A stretch of DNA of 64,000 nucleotides from Squalus acanthias (Eukaryota): positions 99,884,001 through 99,948,000 of the forward strand of contig CM059431.1 of assembly GCA_030390025.1 (NCBI GenBank), in the 5' to 3' direction. Under the pieces are notes generated by a model. It made no database searches, was not told the DNA's origin, and saw only the letters and a list, made by a program, of their open reading frames with translations. Made by a program: the position numbers and the translations under genes. Positions 1-12,305 of the stretch are shown here, piece by piece. Position 1 is the first letter of the stretch. Every line of letters starts with the position of its first letter.

Positions 1-1177
1 CTACATGGACTTCAGTAAGGCTTTTGACAAAGTCCCGCATGGGAGACTGGTCAAGAAGGTAAGAGCCCATGGGATCCAGGGCAACTTGGCACATTGGATC
101 CAAAATTGGCTTAGTGGCAGGAGGCAGAGGGTGATGGTCGAAGGTTGTTTTTGTGACTGGAAGCCTGTGTCCAGTGGTGTACCGCAGGGATCGGTGCTGG
201 GTCCTTTGCTGTTTGTAGTGTACATTAATGATTTAGATATGAATGTAGGAGGTATGATCAGTAAGTTCGCAGATGACACGAAAATTGGTGGGGTGGTAAA
301 TAGCGAGGAAGGAAACCTCAGGCTACAGGACGATATAGACGGGTTGGTCAGATGGGCAGAACAGTGGCAAATGGAATTTAACCCTGAAAAGTGTGAGGTG
401 ATGCATTTTGGGAGGACTAACAAGGCAAGGGAATACACAATGAATGGTAGGACCTTAGGAAGGACAGAGGATCAGAGGGACCTTGGTGTGCATGTACATA
501 GATCCCTGAAGGCAGCAGGACAGGTAGATAAGGTGGTTAAAAAGGCATATGGGATACTTGCCTTCATTAGCCGAGGCATAGAATATAAGAGCAGGGAGGT
601 TATGATGGAGCTGTACAAAACGCTAGTTAGGCCACAGCTGGAATACTGTGTGCAGTTCTGGTCGCCACACTATAGGAAGGATGTGATTGCATTGGAGAGG
701 GTGCAGAGGAGATTCACCAGGATGTTACCTGGGCTGCAGCGCTTCAGCTATGAAGAGAGACTGGACAGGCTGGGGTTGTTTTCCTTAGAGCAGAGAAGGC
801 TGAGGGGGGACCTGATTGAGGTGTACAAAATTATGAGGGGCATAGATAGGGTAGATAGAAAGGAACTTTTCCCCTTAGTAGAGGGGTCAATAGCCAGGGG
901 GCATAGCTTCAAGGTAAGGGGCAGGAGGTTTAGAGGGGATTTGAGGAAAATCTTTTTCACCTAGAGGGTGGTTGGAATCTGGAACTCACTGCCTGAAAGG
1001 GTTGTGGAGGCAGGAACCCTCACAACATTCAAGAAGCATTTAGATGAGCACTTGAAATGCCATAGCATACAAGGCTACGGACCAAGTGCTGGAAAATGGG
1101 ATTAGAATAGACAGGGCTTGATGGCCGGCACGGACACAATGGGCTGAAGGGCCTCTTCCTGTGCTGTATAACTCTAT
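1..1177 (+). mobile_element. CR1 LINE, RT C-terminal half plus 3' UTR (starts before window)
   Basis: ORF 5..964 has DFSKAFDKVPH, SGVPQGSVLGP, KFADD and YKTLVRPQLEYCVQFWSP. Premature TAG at 962. The 3' tail (ACTCTATG-like) is interrupted by a MITE. Confidence 0.95.
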
Positions 1178-2070
1178 GGGGTAAAAATTAGGTCGCGCCC
1201 CATTTGGGGCGCAAATATCGTCTGGACGCAAATATTAGTGCCTGGCGCTAATTATCGGCACTGACTGGAAACTTCACTTTTACCGCCCCGGGAGGTGAGT
1301 GGAGCGCTAAATCAGGCGCTGCACACCTGTCTTAAGGCGCAAAGGCCAAGGAGTGAGGCGCTAACTCAGAGCGCTGGCGAAGCTCATGTAATGTCAGTCA
1401 GCAATGGAACACACACACAATGGCACGGGCCAGTTCTTAAAGGGGATGGTTAATCTTGCTTTCCATCCACATCCTGTTCATTGCAGCCTTGAATCTCGGC
1501 CTGGAGAGACTTGCACATCAAATGTGCTGGAAAGAACAATGGAGAGTACCAGGCAAAGAGCTCAGAGTGCAGCTCCCACAGTCTCTGCTAAATCGATACA
1601 AGGAATGGCAAATCAAAATGAACCTGCAAAGTGCTGCTCAGTACCCAAAACTCCTTCACACAACGTTGAATCTCTCCAGAAGTCTCTCCCTCTCTCTCTC
1701 AGAATGCGTAGTTCAAAAATGCCACCAACAATAAAAGACAGGAAGAGGCCCCCTTTAAATAGCGCCCCCCCCAGCCCCACAGCGATTGATAGCGTTCCAG
1801 TCTTCTGGTCGTTGCTAGCGTCAGGCGGTAAGGCAGGGGGCGCCACTCAATTTCCGCTCCGGGGTGCCACAAGGGCGTTGCACCATGGAATGACGTCACA
1901 ATCTGCGCGCGCAGGTGGTCGCAGCGGTAAAGTTTAGCGCCGCCGCACAATGTCTAGTTAAGTTCCCGAGCGGCGCAAACATCGCTGCACCCGGGCGTTA
2001 GCGGCTTTGCGCCCCATTAGCGCCCTCTTAAGGCGCTAACGGGAGGCGCAACCAACTGAATTTTTACCCC
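1178..2070 (+). mobile_element. Non-autonomous PIF/Harbinger-type MITE, ~895-bp family, copy 1 (orientation defined as +)
   Basis: TIR GGGGTAAAAATT...AATTTTTACCCC with 3-bp TSD TAT (1175-1177 / 2071-2073). Four further copies occur in the window. Confidence 0.9.
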
Positions 2071-2083
2071 TATGACTCTAAGA

Positions 2084-2512
2084 TAAGGGAGTAAAGGGTT
2101 ATGGGGAGCGGGCAGGGAAGTGGCTTTGAGCCCAAGATCAGCCATGATCTTATTGAATGGTGGAGCAGGCTCGAGGGGCCAAGTGGCCTATTACTGCTCC
2201 TATTTCTTATGTTCTTATGTAACCAGATGACACATATTGAAGGTGATTGGCAAAAGAACCAGAGGGGAGATGAGGAGAATTTTTTTACGCAGCGAGTTGT
2301 TGTGATCTGGAATGCGCTGCCTGAAAGGGCGGTGGAAGCAGATTCAATAGTAACTTTCAAAAGTGAATTGGATAAATACTTACAAAGGAAACATTTTCAG
2401 GGCTGTGGGGAAAGAACAGGGGGAGTGGGACTAATTGGAGAGCTCGTTCAAAGAGCCGGCACAGGCACGATGGGCCGAATGGCCTCCTCCTCTGCTGTAT
2501 CATTCTCTGATT
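2084..2512 (+). mobile_element. Two adjacent CR1 3'-end fragments
   Basis: FFTQRVVVIWNALPERAVEADS peptide and CR1-type 3' UTR hairpin/tail (GGGCCGAATGGCCT; TTCTTATG repeats). Confidence 0.85.
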
Positions 2513-2605
2513 CTCGGTATGAATTAGAAAATAGGTGAGCGTTCAGCAGTTGTGACACATTGGACGGGAATGTTTTTAACTGTCACGGGTTGTACCGTGT
2601 GACCG

Positions 2606-3054
2606 GGGCCCAGAATTTCCTGGATTGCACTTATGCAGAAACTTAGGCAAGCTGACTTTGTTTGTACGGGTCCAGAGTTACGTACATGAGCAGACAGAGG
2701 GCTTTGGCAGACTGATCTCAGAAGCGGCTTCACTGATCGTGGAGATTCACCCGTGTTTCAGCCTAAAGCGCCGTAAACTGGTTCGGAGCGAACAACCACG
2801 GCTGCACCAATCTTACACCGCGGCTGCACCACTCTTACACCGCGGCTGCACCACTCTTACACCGCGGCTGCACCACTCTTACACCGCGGCTGCACCACTC
2901 TTACACCGCGGCTGCACCACTCTTACACCGCGGCTGCACCACTCTTACACCGCGGCGGCACCACTCTTACACCGCGGCGGCACCACTCTTACACCGCGGC
3001 TGCACCACTCTTACACCGCGGCTGCGCCGAACAGTTCCAGGAAATTCCAGGCCC
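2606..3054. mobile_element. MITE-like element with an internal 22-bp minisatellite
   Basis: Imperfect TIR GGGCCCAGAATTTCCTGGA / TCCAGGAAATTCCAGGCCC. About 10 tandem units of CACCACTCTTACACCGCGGCTG at ~2796-3025. No clean TSD. Confidence 0.65.
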
Positions 3055-3392
3055 AGGGATCGCAATGTTGTCAAACTCTTCACCAGCGCAAAAAAAAATG
3101 CAAACCAACAACGATACACTGAAATCAATTTAAAAGCGTGAAAGCATTATTTGAAAATTCTGAAAAATTATGTAAAGAAATTAAAGCAAAATAATCTTCG
3201 CCAAACCCACACGCCCAGAGCCCCAATGCCATGAATCTCCATTAACTGCAACCAACACTCAACAGCCATATTCTTCCTGGATGGCTGAATATAAGGTAGT
3301 TATTCAATGCCTTGAAACCTTGCATCATACAGGAGAAATTCCGATGACTGGGGCTGTGTGGACATCAACAAAAATAACCACGTTGCTTTAAA

Positions 3393-4156
3393 CTGTCAGC
3401 CGTGGCTCAGTGGGCAGCACACTCGCCTCTGAGGCAGAAGGTTGTGGGTTCAATCCCACTCCAGAGACTTAAGCATACAAGTCTAGACTGACACTCCATG
3501 TAGTACTGAGGGAGTGCTGCACTGTCGGAGGGACAGTACTGAGGGAGCGCTGCACTATCGGAGGGACAGTACTGAGGGAGCGCCGCACTGTCAGAGGGGC
3601 AGTACTGAGGGAGCGCCGCACTGTCGGAGGGGCAGTACTGAGGGAGCGCCGCACTGTCGGAGGGACAGTACTGAGGGAGCGCCGCACTGTCGGAGGGGCA
3701 GTACTGAGGGAGCGCCGCACTGTCGGAGGGGCAGTACTGAGGGAGCGCCGCACTGTCGGAGGGGCAGTACTGAGGGAACGCCGCACTGTCGGAGGGGCAG
3801 TACTGAGGGAGTGCCGCACTGTCGGAGGGGCAGTACTGAGGGAGTGCTGCACTGTCGGAGGGGTAGCACTGCGGGAACGCCGCACTGTCGGAGGGGCAGT
3901 ACTGAGGGAGCGCCGCACTGTCGGAGGGGCAGTACCGAGGGAGCGCCACACTGTCGGAGGGGTAGTACTGAGGGAGCGCCGCACTGTCGGAGGGGCAGTA
4001 CTGAGGGAGTGCCTCACTGTCGGAGGGGCAGTACTGAGTGAGCGCCGCACTGTCGGAGGGGCAGTACTGAGGGAGTGCCGCACTATCGGAGGGGCAGTAC
4101 TGAGGGAGTGTCGGAGGGGCAGTACTGAGGGAGCGCTACACTGTCAGAGGGGCAGT
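3393..4156 (+). mobile_element. tRNA-derived SINE (SacSINE1/DeuSINE-like) head plus 33-bp minisatellite (~20 units); 3' part missing
   Basis: A-box TGGCTCAGTGG and B-box GGTTCAATCCC, then tandem CAGTACTGAGGGAGCGCCGCACTGTCGGAGGGG from ~3501 to 4156. Confidence 0.85.
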
Positions 4157-4159
4157 AAG

Positions 4160-5934
4160 AGGCCTCCCCAGCAGACGAAGGCAGCGTGGCTGTAGGTAAC
4201 GAGGCTGTTAGTGGTGGATCGCACCTGGGCGCAATGCTGGAAGAGGTTCAATGATCTAGTAAGATCAGGAAGAGTGAGTATTAAGCCACACTTACCTTGA
4301 TGCTGTTGTGCCTGTCATCACATCCCCACCACTCTACATTGGCACCCCTACTCCTGCACAACGTTACTCACCCCAACATCCCTTGGACCTTCATCCATCC
4401 CTCTCTCTCTATTTACATTATCAGGTCACCATCTTACTATGCAGCCCTCACACTCAGACACAAAAGGAGACAACTTGGTATTGCCAACCCACTCCATCAA
4501 AGTCTCTCTGTAAAGCTCTATTCCATCACTCTCACTGAACCTTCTCTTCTTTCCCTCCTTGCAGGAAAAGATAGCCCACAAGGAGAGGGAGAGAACGGGA
4601 GGAGGGCCTCCACAAACCATGTCATATCTGACGAGTGCAGAGGAGGCAGCGCTGGAGATTGCTGGAGTGGTGGACGTTCTGGATGTGGGGAACGGAGAGA
4701 GGGGCTCAGTAGAAGAAGCTGGTGACAGAATGAATTTCCATACAATTGCATGCCTTTCATCATTGCCTCATATGGGGTGTGATGTCAAGACAAGATGAAT
4801 GCTCATCATGTGGATAATGGTATGTGTCTGCAGTAGACATCCTGTATATCTAACTGATGTCTTCACTCTCCCACAGGTCCATCAAGAGCCCCCCCCCCGC
4901 CCCCCCAATGTCCAGGAGCAACAGCAAGAAGACTCCTCAGAGGAGCCCCCTGCCTCTGAGGGTGCAGCATCACCTCAGACAACGCAACCCAGCACCAGCG
5001 CAGAGTCGCACTCCTCGGTGGGTATGTCGCGAGATAGAGTAGTGTTGTCACCTGGTGTCTCACAGATCACAACTGAGCAGCAGCAGATGGTGGAGACATT
5101 GACAGCAGTGGAGACTCCTTGTCGGAGGGTGCAGGACTCTCCTAGCTCTGCTCAGCTGCATGCAGACGCTGAGCCTCGGGCCATCCAGGAAGAGGGCGAT
5201 CCTGGAGCTGCAGGAACAAGTGCAGGAGGCTCTGACTGGTTTTGCGACCGCGGTGACTGAGTGTGCAGAGAATGGAGGAGTCCATCTCCAACATGAGCAA
5301 CACCGTGGCGCACTCACTGGCGACTGTAGCTCCCTCCATGGATAGGATGGCCACCTGCATGGAAGAGGCACGGCGCCAGTCGCAGGAGAACATGGTTTCT
5401 CTTCAAAATAGATGCTCATCTATGGAGGAGAGATGGGGAAAAATTGTGGAGAGAAACCAGAGGCTCATAGATGTCCTTTGTAGGAGTGATGTCAGTATAG
5501 AGGTGGGCCCTCATGGCCCCACTGATGTGCAGCAAGGTGCTCTCCAGCTACTTGCTAGCAGGGAAGTGCGGGTGGCCCATGAGAGGGATGATGGTGAGAG
5601 GGGACATGGAAGTGGGGGCTCTGCTGCAAGCACTCTCACTTTCACCCCCTTGCCAACCCCTCGGTCAGAGCCCCAGTTGCCTCCCCGGACAGTGATGGCC
5701 GAGTCTGCCCCTGCACAGCTGCAGGAGGAGCAGACTTTGGGGGGGCCATCACCATCTCCACAACCCAGAGGACGACCGCCAAAGGCATCTCGGCAGGCGC
5801 AGCAGGGAGGTGAGATGGCTGCCTCTACCTCTGCTGAAGCCACAGGGGTAGCACGACATAGAAGCACCTGGAAAAGAAAGATCCCACACAAACAGTCACT
5901 CAGGTGTCTTTTTCATTATCAATGTAATGTTTAG
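4160..5934 (+). pseudogene. Harbinger Myb/SANT-like DNA-binding protein gene, spliced and degenerate
   Basis: Exon ending at 4273 reads AWL*V...DRTWAQCWKRFNDLVRSGR|GTGAGT. Exon from 4565 (TTGCAG|) reads EKIAHKERERTGGGPP...LTSAEEAALEIAG. A further exon from 4877 (CCCACAG|) is acidic/Pro-rich and coiled-coil-like. It has an in-frame stop and frameshifts. Confidence 0.75.
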
Positions 5935-6152
5935 ATTATATTAAGTCTTTTTAATAAATCATGAATTTCTGACACTTTGACGTCTTTGCCGAATGTGTGT
6001 GATGTAATGGAAGTGGCAGAGTGAAGGGTCAGGGCTCATTTCACACCCAGCAATGGTAGTGAGAGTCAAAACAAGGGATGAATCATTGTTTGATTGCTGC
6101 ATGGTGTTGGTGTCGGGTGATGCAAACCTGCGAACGTGGGTGGCAGCCACAT

Positions 6153-7140
6153 GTCGGTGCTGGGTCCTCTGCTGTTTGTGATTTTTATCAATGACTTGGA
6201 GGAGGGGACTGAAGGGTGGATCAGTAAATTTGCTGATGACACCAAGATTGGTGGAGTAGTGGATGAGGTGGAGGGCTGTTGTAGGCTGCAAAGAGACATT
6301 GATAGGATGCAGAGCTGGGCCGAAAAATGGCAGATGGAATTTAACCCTGATAAGTGCGAGGTGATTCATTTTGGTAGGGCAAATTTGAATAAGGATTACA
6401 GGGTCAACGGCAGGGTTCTGAGGAACGTGGAGGAACAGAGGGATCTGGGGGTTCATATCCACAGATCTCTGAAGGTTGCCACTCAAGTGGATAGAGCAGT
6501 AAAGAAGGCCTATAGTGTGTTAGCGTTTATTAACAAGGGGTTTGAGTTTAAGAACCGTGAGGTTATGCTGCAACTGTACAGGACCTTGGTGAGACCACAT
6601 TTGGAATATTGTGTGCAGTTCTGGTCACCTCACTATGGGAAGGACGTGGAAGCATTGGAAAGAGTGCAAAGGAGATTTACCAGGATGCTGCCTGGTTTGG
6701 GGGGGAGGTCTTATGAGGAAAGATTGAGGGAGCTAGGGCTTTTCTCTTTAGAGCGGAGGAGGATGAGAGGCGACTTAATAGAGGTTTATAAGATGATGAG
6801 GGGGATAGATAGAGTGGATGTTCAGAGACTATTTCCTCGGGTGGATGTAGCTGTTACAAGGGGGCATAACTATAAGGTGCATGGGGGGAGATATAGAAGG
6901 GATGTCCGAGGTAGATTCTTTACTCAGAGAGTGGTTGGGGTGTGGAATGGACTGCCTGCTGTGATAGTGGAGTCGGACACTTTAGGAACTTTCAAGCGGT
7001 TATTGGATAAGCACATGGAACACACCAGAATGATAGGGAGTGGGATAGCTTGATCTTGGTTTCGGACAATGCTCGGCACAACATCGAGGGCCGAAGGGCC
7101 TGTACTGTGCTGTACTGTTCTATGTTCTATGTTCTATGTA
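6153..7140 (+). mobile_element. 5'-truncated CR1 LINE nested in the Harbinger element
   Basis: Uninterrupted RT ORF to 7053 (KFADD) and a (GTTCTAT)n tail. Confidence 0.95.
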
Positions 7141-7154
7141 TGAGCTGCATGAAG

Positions 7155-8991
7155 TTATTGCAATCTGCCATTGATAAGGGTATCCCTGGCGTGACGGGCA
7201 GCAACGTGCTCGCGTACTGGTCGCAATGGGACCGCCGGCTCGTCCAGGTGTTCCTCATCCTCATCACCAACCTGATGGTGACTCTCCTCGTCCTCCGATG
7301 AGGCTGTGCGCTCAGCGCCGTGTTCCTCATCCAGTGCTAATCCTCGCTGCTGTGCTGTGGTGTGCAGGGCGCAGTAGACCACGACCATTCGGGAGACCCT
7401 GGCTGGTGCATACTGAAGGGCTCCTCCAGATCTGTCGAGGCATCTGAAGCGCATTTTGAGCAAGCCTGTGGTCTGCTCGATGACACTTCTCGTGGAGATG
7501 TGGCTTTGATTATGACGTCGCTCAGGCTCATTTGTTGGCCTCCTCAAAGGTGTCATGAGCCACGTCTTCAGGGGATAGGCCTTGTCTCCAAGCTGCCAGC
7601 CGCCAAGACTGTTTGGCGGTGCGAAGAGCTGAGGGGCGGTGGAATGGCGCAGGATGTACGGGTCATGGCAGCTGCCAGGAAACTTGGAGCACACGTGGAT
7701 GATAACCTTCCGATGGTTGCAGACCAGCTGAACGTTGAGGGAGTGGAAGCCCTTGTGGTTAACAAATGCTATTGGGTTGTGATGGGGTCCCCGGATGGCC
7801 ACATGTGTGTAGTCAATGACTCCCTGCACCCGTGGGAAGCCAGCTGGAGTGGCAAAGCCAAGCACCCGCTCATTGACACCGGCTTCATCAGTGCCAACTT
7901 GTTAAAGAGAGCATCGGTGACCTGTGTGATGCATCTGTGGGCGGCCGACTGCGAGATGCCGCAAAGGTCTGCTGCTGATGCCTGGAAGAAGCCTGAGGCG
8001 AAGAAGTTGAGGGCGAGGGTGAGTTTGACAGCCACTGGTAAGGGGTGTCCAGAGTAAGAATAAAGATGTCTTACTGCAATTATATGGGGCCGTGGTGAGA
8101 CCACACCTGGAGTATTGTGTACAGTTTTGTTCTCCTTACCTAAGGAAGGATATACTTGCCATAGAGGGAGTGCAATGAAGGTTCACCAGACTGATTCCTG
8201 GGATGGGGGGATTGTCCTATGAGGAGAGATTGAGTAGACTAGGCCTATATTCTCTAGAGTTTAGAAGAATGAGAGGTGATCTCATTGAAACATACAAAAT
8301 TCTTACAGGGCTTGACAGGGTAGATGCAGGGAGGATGTTTCCACTGGCTGGAGAGTCTAGAACCAGGGGTCACAGTCTCAGAATAAGGGGTCGGCCATTT
8401 AGGACTGAGATGAGGAGAAATTTCTTCACTCAGAGGGTGGTGAATCTTTGGAATTCTCTACCCCAGAGGGCTGTGGAGGCTCAGTCATTGAGTATATTCA
8501 AGACAGAGATCGATAGATTTTTGGATATTAAGGGAATCAAGGGATATGGGGATAGTGCAGGAAAGTGGAGATGAGGTAGAGGATCAGCCATGATCTTACT
8601 GAATGGCGGAGCAGGCTCGAGGGGCCGAATGGCCTATTCCTGCTCCTAATTCATATGTTCTTATGTTCTTCCTCTGGGCTGCAGGTCTTTCTCCAGCAAA
8701 GCGCAAATGTCGGTGATGACCTGGCACGATCGCCTGAGCCTCTTCAGCACTGCTGCTCCGTCATGTTGAGGAAGCTCATCCTCTGCCTGTATGCCCTGTT
8801 TTGGGGGTATGGCCTCCGGCGCAGGGCAGCCCTGCGCTGATGCCCTCTGCCCTGTGCAGCATCAGGTGGTTGAGGAGAAGGTTGGCGCTCTTGTTGTTGC
8901 TGCTGCTCTGGTGTGGCTGGTTCTGCTGCTGCTGCGGCTGATCGTCATCAGATTCTGAGGACCAAGGTGAGAGAGCATAAATCGTGCCCAT
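7155..8991 (-). pseudogene. Harbinger (HARBI1-like, DDE_Tnp_4) transposase, disrupted
   Basis: [46 protein letters not shown] and LKMRFRCLD (7155..7865). HTH part [17 protein letters not shown]...[14 protein letters not shown] lies just upstream. The N-terminal part resumes at ~8671-8991 after a CR1 insertion; frameshifts present. Confidence 0.92.
8051..8670 (+). mobile_element. 5'-truncated CR1 LINE inserted into the Harbinger transposase
   Basis: ORF 8203..8574 is the CR1 RT C-terminus, with a (ATGTTCTT)n tail. Transposase coding sequence (..LQPRG / GHPLPV..) flanks both sides. Confidence 0.93.
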
Positions 8992-9731
8992 TCTGATGTT
9001 TACTTTGGCAGGTGGAGTTGAGATGACAGAAGCAATCTATCAAGGGTGAGATATGATGTTCCAAGGAGGTGACAGTGAATAGAGAGTTTACTGCAAACAC
9101 TTCCCAACTGAATAAAGCTGAAAAGTCTCTTCCAAGTAGTGAAGGCTCAAGCTTCTGAGATTGGAGAGTGAATGGCTATGAAGTGGTAGCTATTATACCA
9201 CTTTTGCAGCTGTTCAAAGCAATGGAGAGTTGTTTAAAACCCGACACACTTACCTGGCGTGATCCCCGAGCGACAGGAACCTCGTGGAAAACTTGGGAAA
9301 ATGGTTAGTACCTGGTAAAATACTGATTCAATTGCTTTAAACACCCTCTCAACTATCTGAATTGCCTGACCCACCGCTGAGTGCCGTGTCTGCGAGGCGC
9401 GGCCAGAGCCGACACTAGGGAAACTCACAAGGAGGCGGGTTCAGAGCGGGATACCGCCCCGCTGTCAATCTGTTTGATTTTGACAGCGGACCCGCCCTCT
9501 GAGCGCCGGCAAAATTCAGCCCTCTGTGTGTCGAAGTGTTTCCTAATTTCACTCATGAAAAGTCTGGCTCTAATTTTTAGACTATGCCCCCTAGTCCTAG
9601 GATCCCTAGAATAGATATGGGGAAAGAGCGGGGGAGTGGGACTAACTGGATTGCTCTTCAAAAGAGCCGGCGCAGACTTGATGGGCTGAATGGCCTCTTT
9701 CTGTTCTGTACTATTCTATGATTCTATGATT

Positions 9732-9950
9732 CTCCCCAGTGTCCTGGCCAATATTTATCCCTCAAACAACATCTCTAAAAAAACCAGATGATCTGGTCAT
9801 TATCACATTGCTGTTTGTGGGAGCTTGCTGTGCACAAATTGGCTGCCACGTTTCCCACATTACAACAGTGACTACACTTCAAAAAGTACTTCATTTGCTG
9901 TGAAGCGCTTTGGGACGTCCTGAGGTTGTGATAAACGCTGTTTCTGTCTT
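9732..9950 (+). mobile_element. Deu-type SINE 3' fragment
   Basis: ATTTATCCCTCAA...CACATTGCTGTTTGTGGGAGCTTGCTGTG...AAGCGCTTTGGGACGTCC, the same tail as the full copy at 22570-23872. Confidence 0.8.
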
Positions 9951-10245
9951 TCCAGCATTAATTGCTGTCTGAAGGTAGACTCGGTTGGATGCCAATCCTT
10001 TGCCCATCGGTTGTCACACTTTGCTCGAAGGAAGGAACATATTGCATCCGCATCCCACACAGTTGACATTTCCTCGGGAAATTCTACAAATTGTAAAATT
10101 CTGTTTTCCATCATGCTGGCAGAGCACGGATGAGAATCATCCGAGGGATTCTGGCTGAGCAACAATATTTCTGATATATTTTTTGTTAATATTAAAGCAA
10201 ATGACATGAATTGAATGTAACTGTACAAGGCGAGATGTCACTTAC

Positions 10246-10392
10246 CTCTTCCTGAACATGGCAATTTAGAATTGCCGCGACATTTTCTAGTACTCTCCTC
10301 AGCTGAAATGGGACATGACTCTGGATGCTCGCACATCCGGCCGGTCCATCCTTCCTTGCAGTCACATCTTCCACAGTTGCATTGCCCAAGAC
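10246..10392 (-). CDS. ITGBL1: ITGBL1 coding exon (equivalent to exon 7), 147 bp, phase 1-1
   Basis: Acceptor GAAACTAAAG (weak pyrimidine tract) and donor GTAAGT. Translates (G)[48 protein letters not shown](G). Confidence 0.93.
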
Positions 10393-10464
10393 CTTTAGTT
10401 TCAATCCAAAAGTCAGATATTAGAGTTAATTTTCCCCATCCAAATCAAGATCCTACACTAATCA

Positions 10465-11285
10465 TTGAAAATGTGAAGTTATCCACTTTGGTAGGAAGAA
10501 TAGAAAAGAAAAATATTATTTAAATGGAGAGAGATTACAAAATGCTGAGGTACAGAGGGATCTGGGGGTCCTCGTACATGAATCACAAAAAGTTAGCATG
10601 CAGGTACAGCAAGTAATTAGGAAGGCAAATGGAATGTTGGCCTTTATTTCAAGGGGGTTGGAGTATAAAAGTAGGGAAGTCCTGCTACAACTGTACAGGG
10701 CGCTGCTGAGACCACACCTTGAGTACTGCGTACAGTTTTGGTCTCCTTATTTAAGGAAGGATATACTTGCATTGGAGGCAGTTCAGAGAAGGTTCACGAA
10801 TTGATTCCGGAGATGAAGGGGTTGTCTTATGAGGAAAGGTTGAGCAGGTTGGGCCTACACTTATTGGAGTTTAGAAGAATGACAGGTGATCTTATTGAAA
10901 CGTATAAGATTCTGATGGGGTTGGACAGGGTAGATGCTGAGAGGATGTTTCCCCTCGTCAGGGTATCTAGAACGAGGGGGCATAGTCTCAGAATAAGGAG
11001 TCGCCCATTTAAAATGGATATGAGGAGGAATTTCTTCTCTCTGAGGGTCGTGAATCTTTGGAATTCTTTACCCCAGAGAGCTGTGGAGGCTGGGTCATTG
11101 AATATATTCAAGGCGGAGATAGACAGATTTTTGAGCAACAGGGGAGTCGAGGGTTATGGGGAGCGGGCAGGAAAGTGGAGTTGAGGCCAAAATCGGATCA
11201 GCCATGATCTCATTGAATGGCGGAGCAGGTTCGAGGGGCCGAATGGCCGACTCCTGCTCCTATTTCTTATGTTCTTATCTTATGT
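10465..11285 (+). mobile_element. 5'-truncated CR1 LINE
   Basis: ORFs 10598..10804 and 10738..11184 are the frameshifted CR1 RT C-terminus, followed by a 3' UTR. Confidence 0.92.
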
Positions 11286-11319
11286 TATTGTTCTTTATCC
11301 CTGATAAATTCTGGCCTCT

Positions 11320-12305
11320 TGCACCTTTTTAACGCAGTAAAACGTCCCAAGGCGTTTCACAGGAGCGATTATCAATCAAAGTTTGACACCGAGACACATG
11401 TGGAGATGTTTGGGCAGATGCTTGGTCAAAGAGGTAGGCTTTAAGGAGCTTCTGAAAGGAGGAGAGCGAGGTGGCGAGGCGGAGAGGTTTAGGGAGGGAA
11501 TTCCAGAGCTTAGGGCCCAGGCAGCTGAAGGCACGGCCGCCAATGGTGGAGCAATTAAAATCGGGGATGCTCAAGGGAACACAAAAACATAAGAATTAGG
11601 AGCAGGAGTCGGCCATTCGGCCCCTCGAGCCTGCTCAGCCATTCAATAAGATCCTGGCTGATCATCGACCTCAACTCCACTTTCCCGCCCGATCCCCATA
11701 TCCCTTCATTCCTCTAGAGTCCAAAAATCTATCGATCTCAGTCTTGAATATACTCAAAGACTCAGCATTCACAGCCCTCTGGGGTAGAGAATTCCAAAGA
11801 TTCACAACCCTCTGAGTGAAGAAATTCCTCCTCATCTCAGACTTAAATGGCCGACCCCTTATCCTGAGACTATGACCCCTGGTTCTAGACTCTCCAGCCG
11901 GGGGAAACAACCTCTCAGCATCTACCCTGTCAATCCCCCTCAGAATCCTGTATGTTTCAATGAGATCACCTCTCATTCTTCTAAACTCCAGAGAGTACAG
12001 GCCTAATCTACTCAATCTCTCCTCATAGGACAACCCTCTCATCCCAGGAATCAACCCAGTGAATCTTCGTTGCACTGGCTCTAAGGCAAGTACATCCTTC
12101 CTCAGACTTGGTGCGAGTTAGGACACGGGCAGCCGGGTTTTGAATGACCTCAAGTTTACGGAGGGTAGAATGTGGGAGGCCAGCCAGGAGTGCGTTGGAA
12201 TAGTCGAGTCTAGAGGTAACAAAGGCACGGATGAGGGTTTCAGCAGCGGATGAGCTGAGGCAGGGGCGGAGACGGGCGATGTTACAGAGGCGGAAGTAGG
12301 TGGAA
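11320..12305 (-). mobile_element. L2-type LINE 3' fragment split by a minus-strand CR1 (11586-12105)
   Basis: NIARLRPCLSSSAAETLIRAFVTSRLDYSNALLAGLP (12105-12300) and GGRAFSCLGPKLWNSLP...LKAYLF (11329..11574). The CR1 ORF 11671..12075 lies between them. Confidence 0.85.

Larger units (their letters stand above)
4157..9522. mobile_element. Decayed autonomous-type PIF/Harbinger DNA transposon (convergent Myb/SANT gene and transposase) with two nested CR1 insertions
   Basis: Two-gene layout typical of Harbinger. Right terminus AAAATTCAGCCC at 9511-9522 resembles the GGGCTGGATTTT MITE TIRs seen elsewhere. Left TIR not found. Confidence 0.85.

Noticed and set aside
1404..1937. Recurrent ORF MEHTHNG... 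found in five places as a gene family
   Set aside because: Chance ORF inside the ~895-bp MITE. Length and frame vary between copies with the (CT)n tract, and it has no transposase motifs.
3407..4083. Long repetitive ORFs (YCPSDSAALPQ / STAPPTVRRSL / HCRRGSTEGAP), also 22661..23527 and 60067..60736
   Set aside because: Artefacts of a 33-nt (3n) repeat lacking stops in several frames; no splice or gene context.
7155..7865. Domesticated host HARBI1 gene
   Set aside because: Frameshifted, interrupted by CR1, paired with a Myb gene and a TIR-like end, and located in an intron: a transposon fossil.
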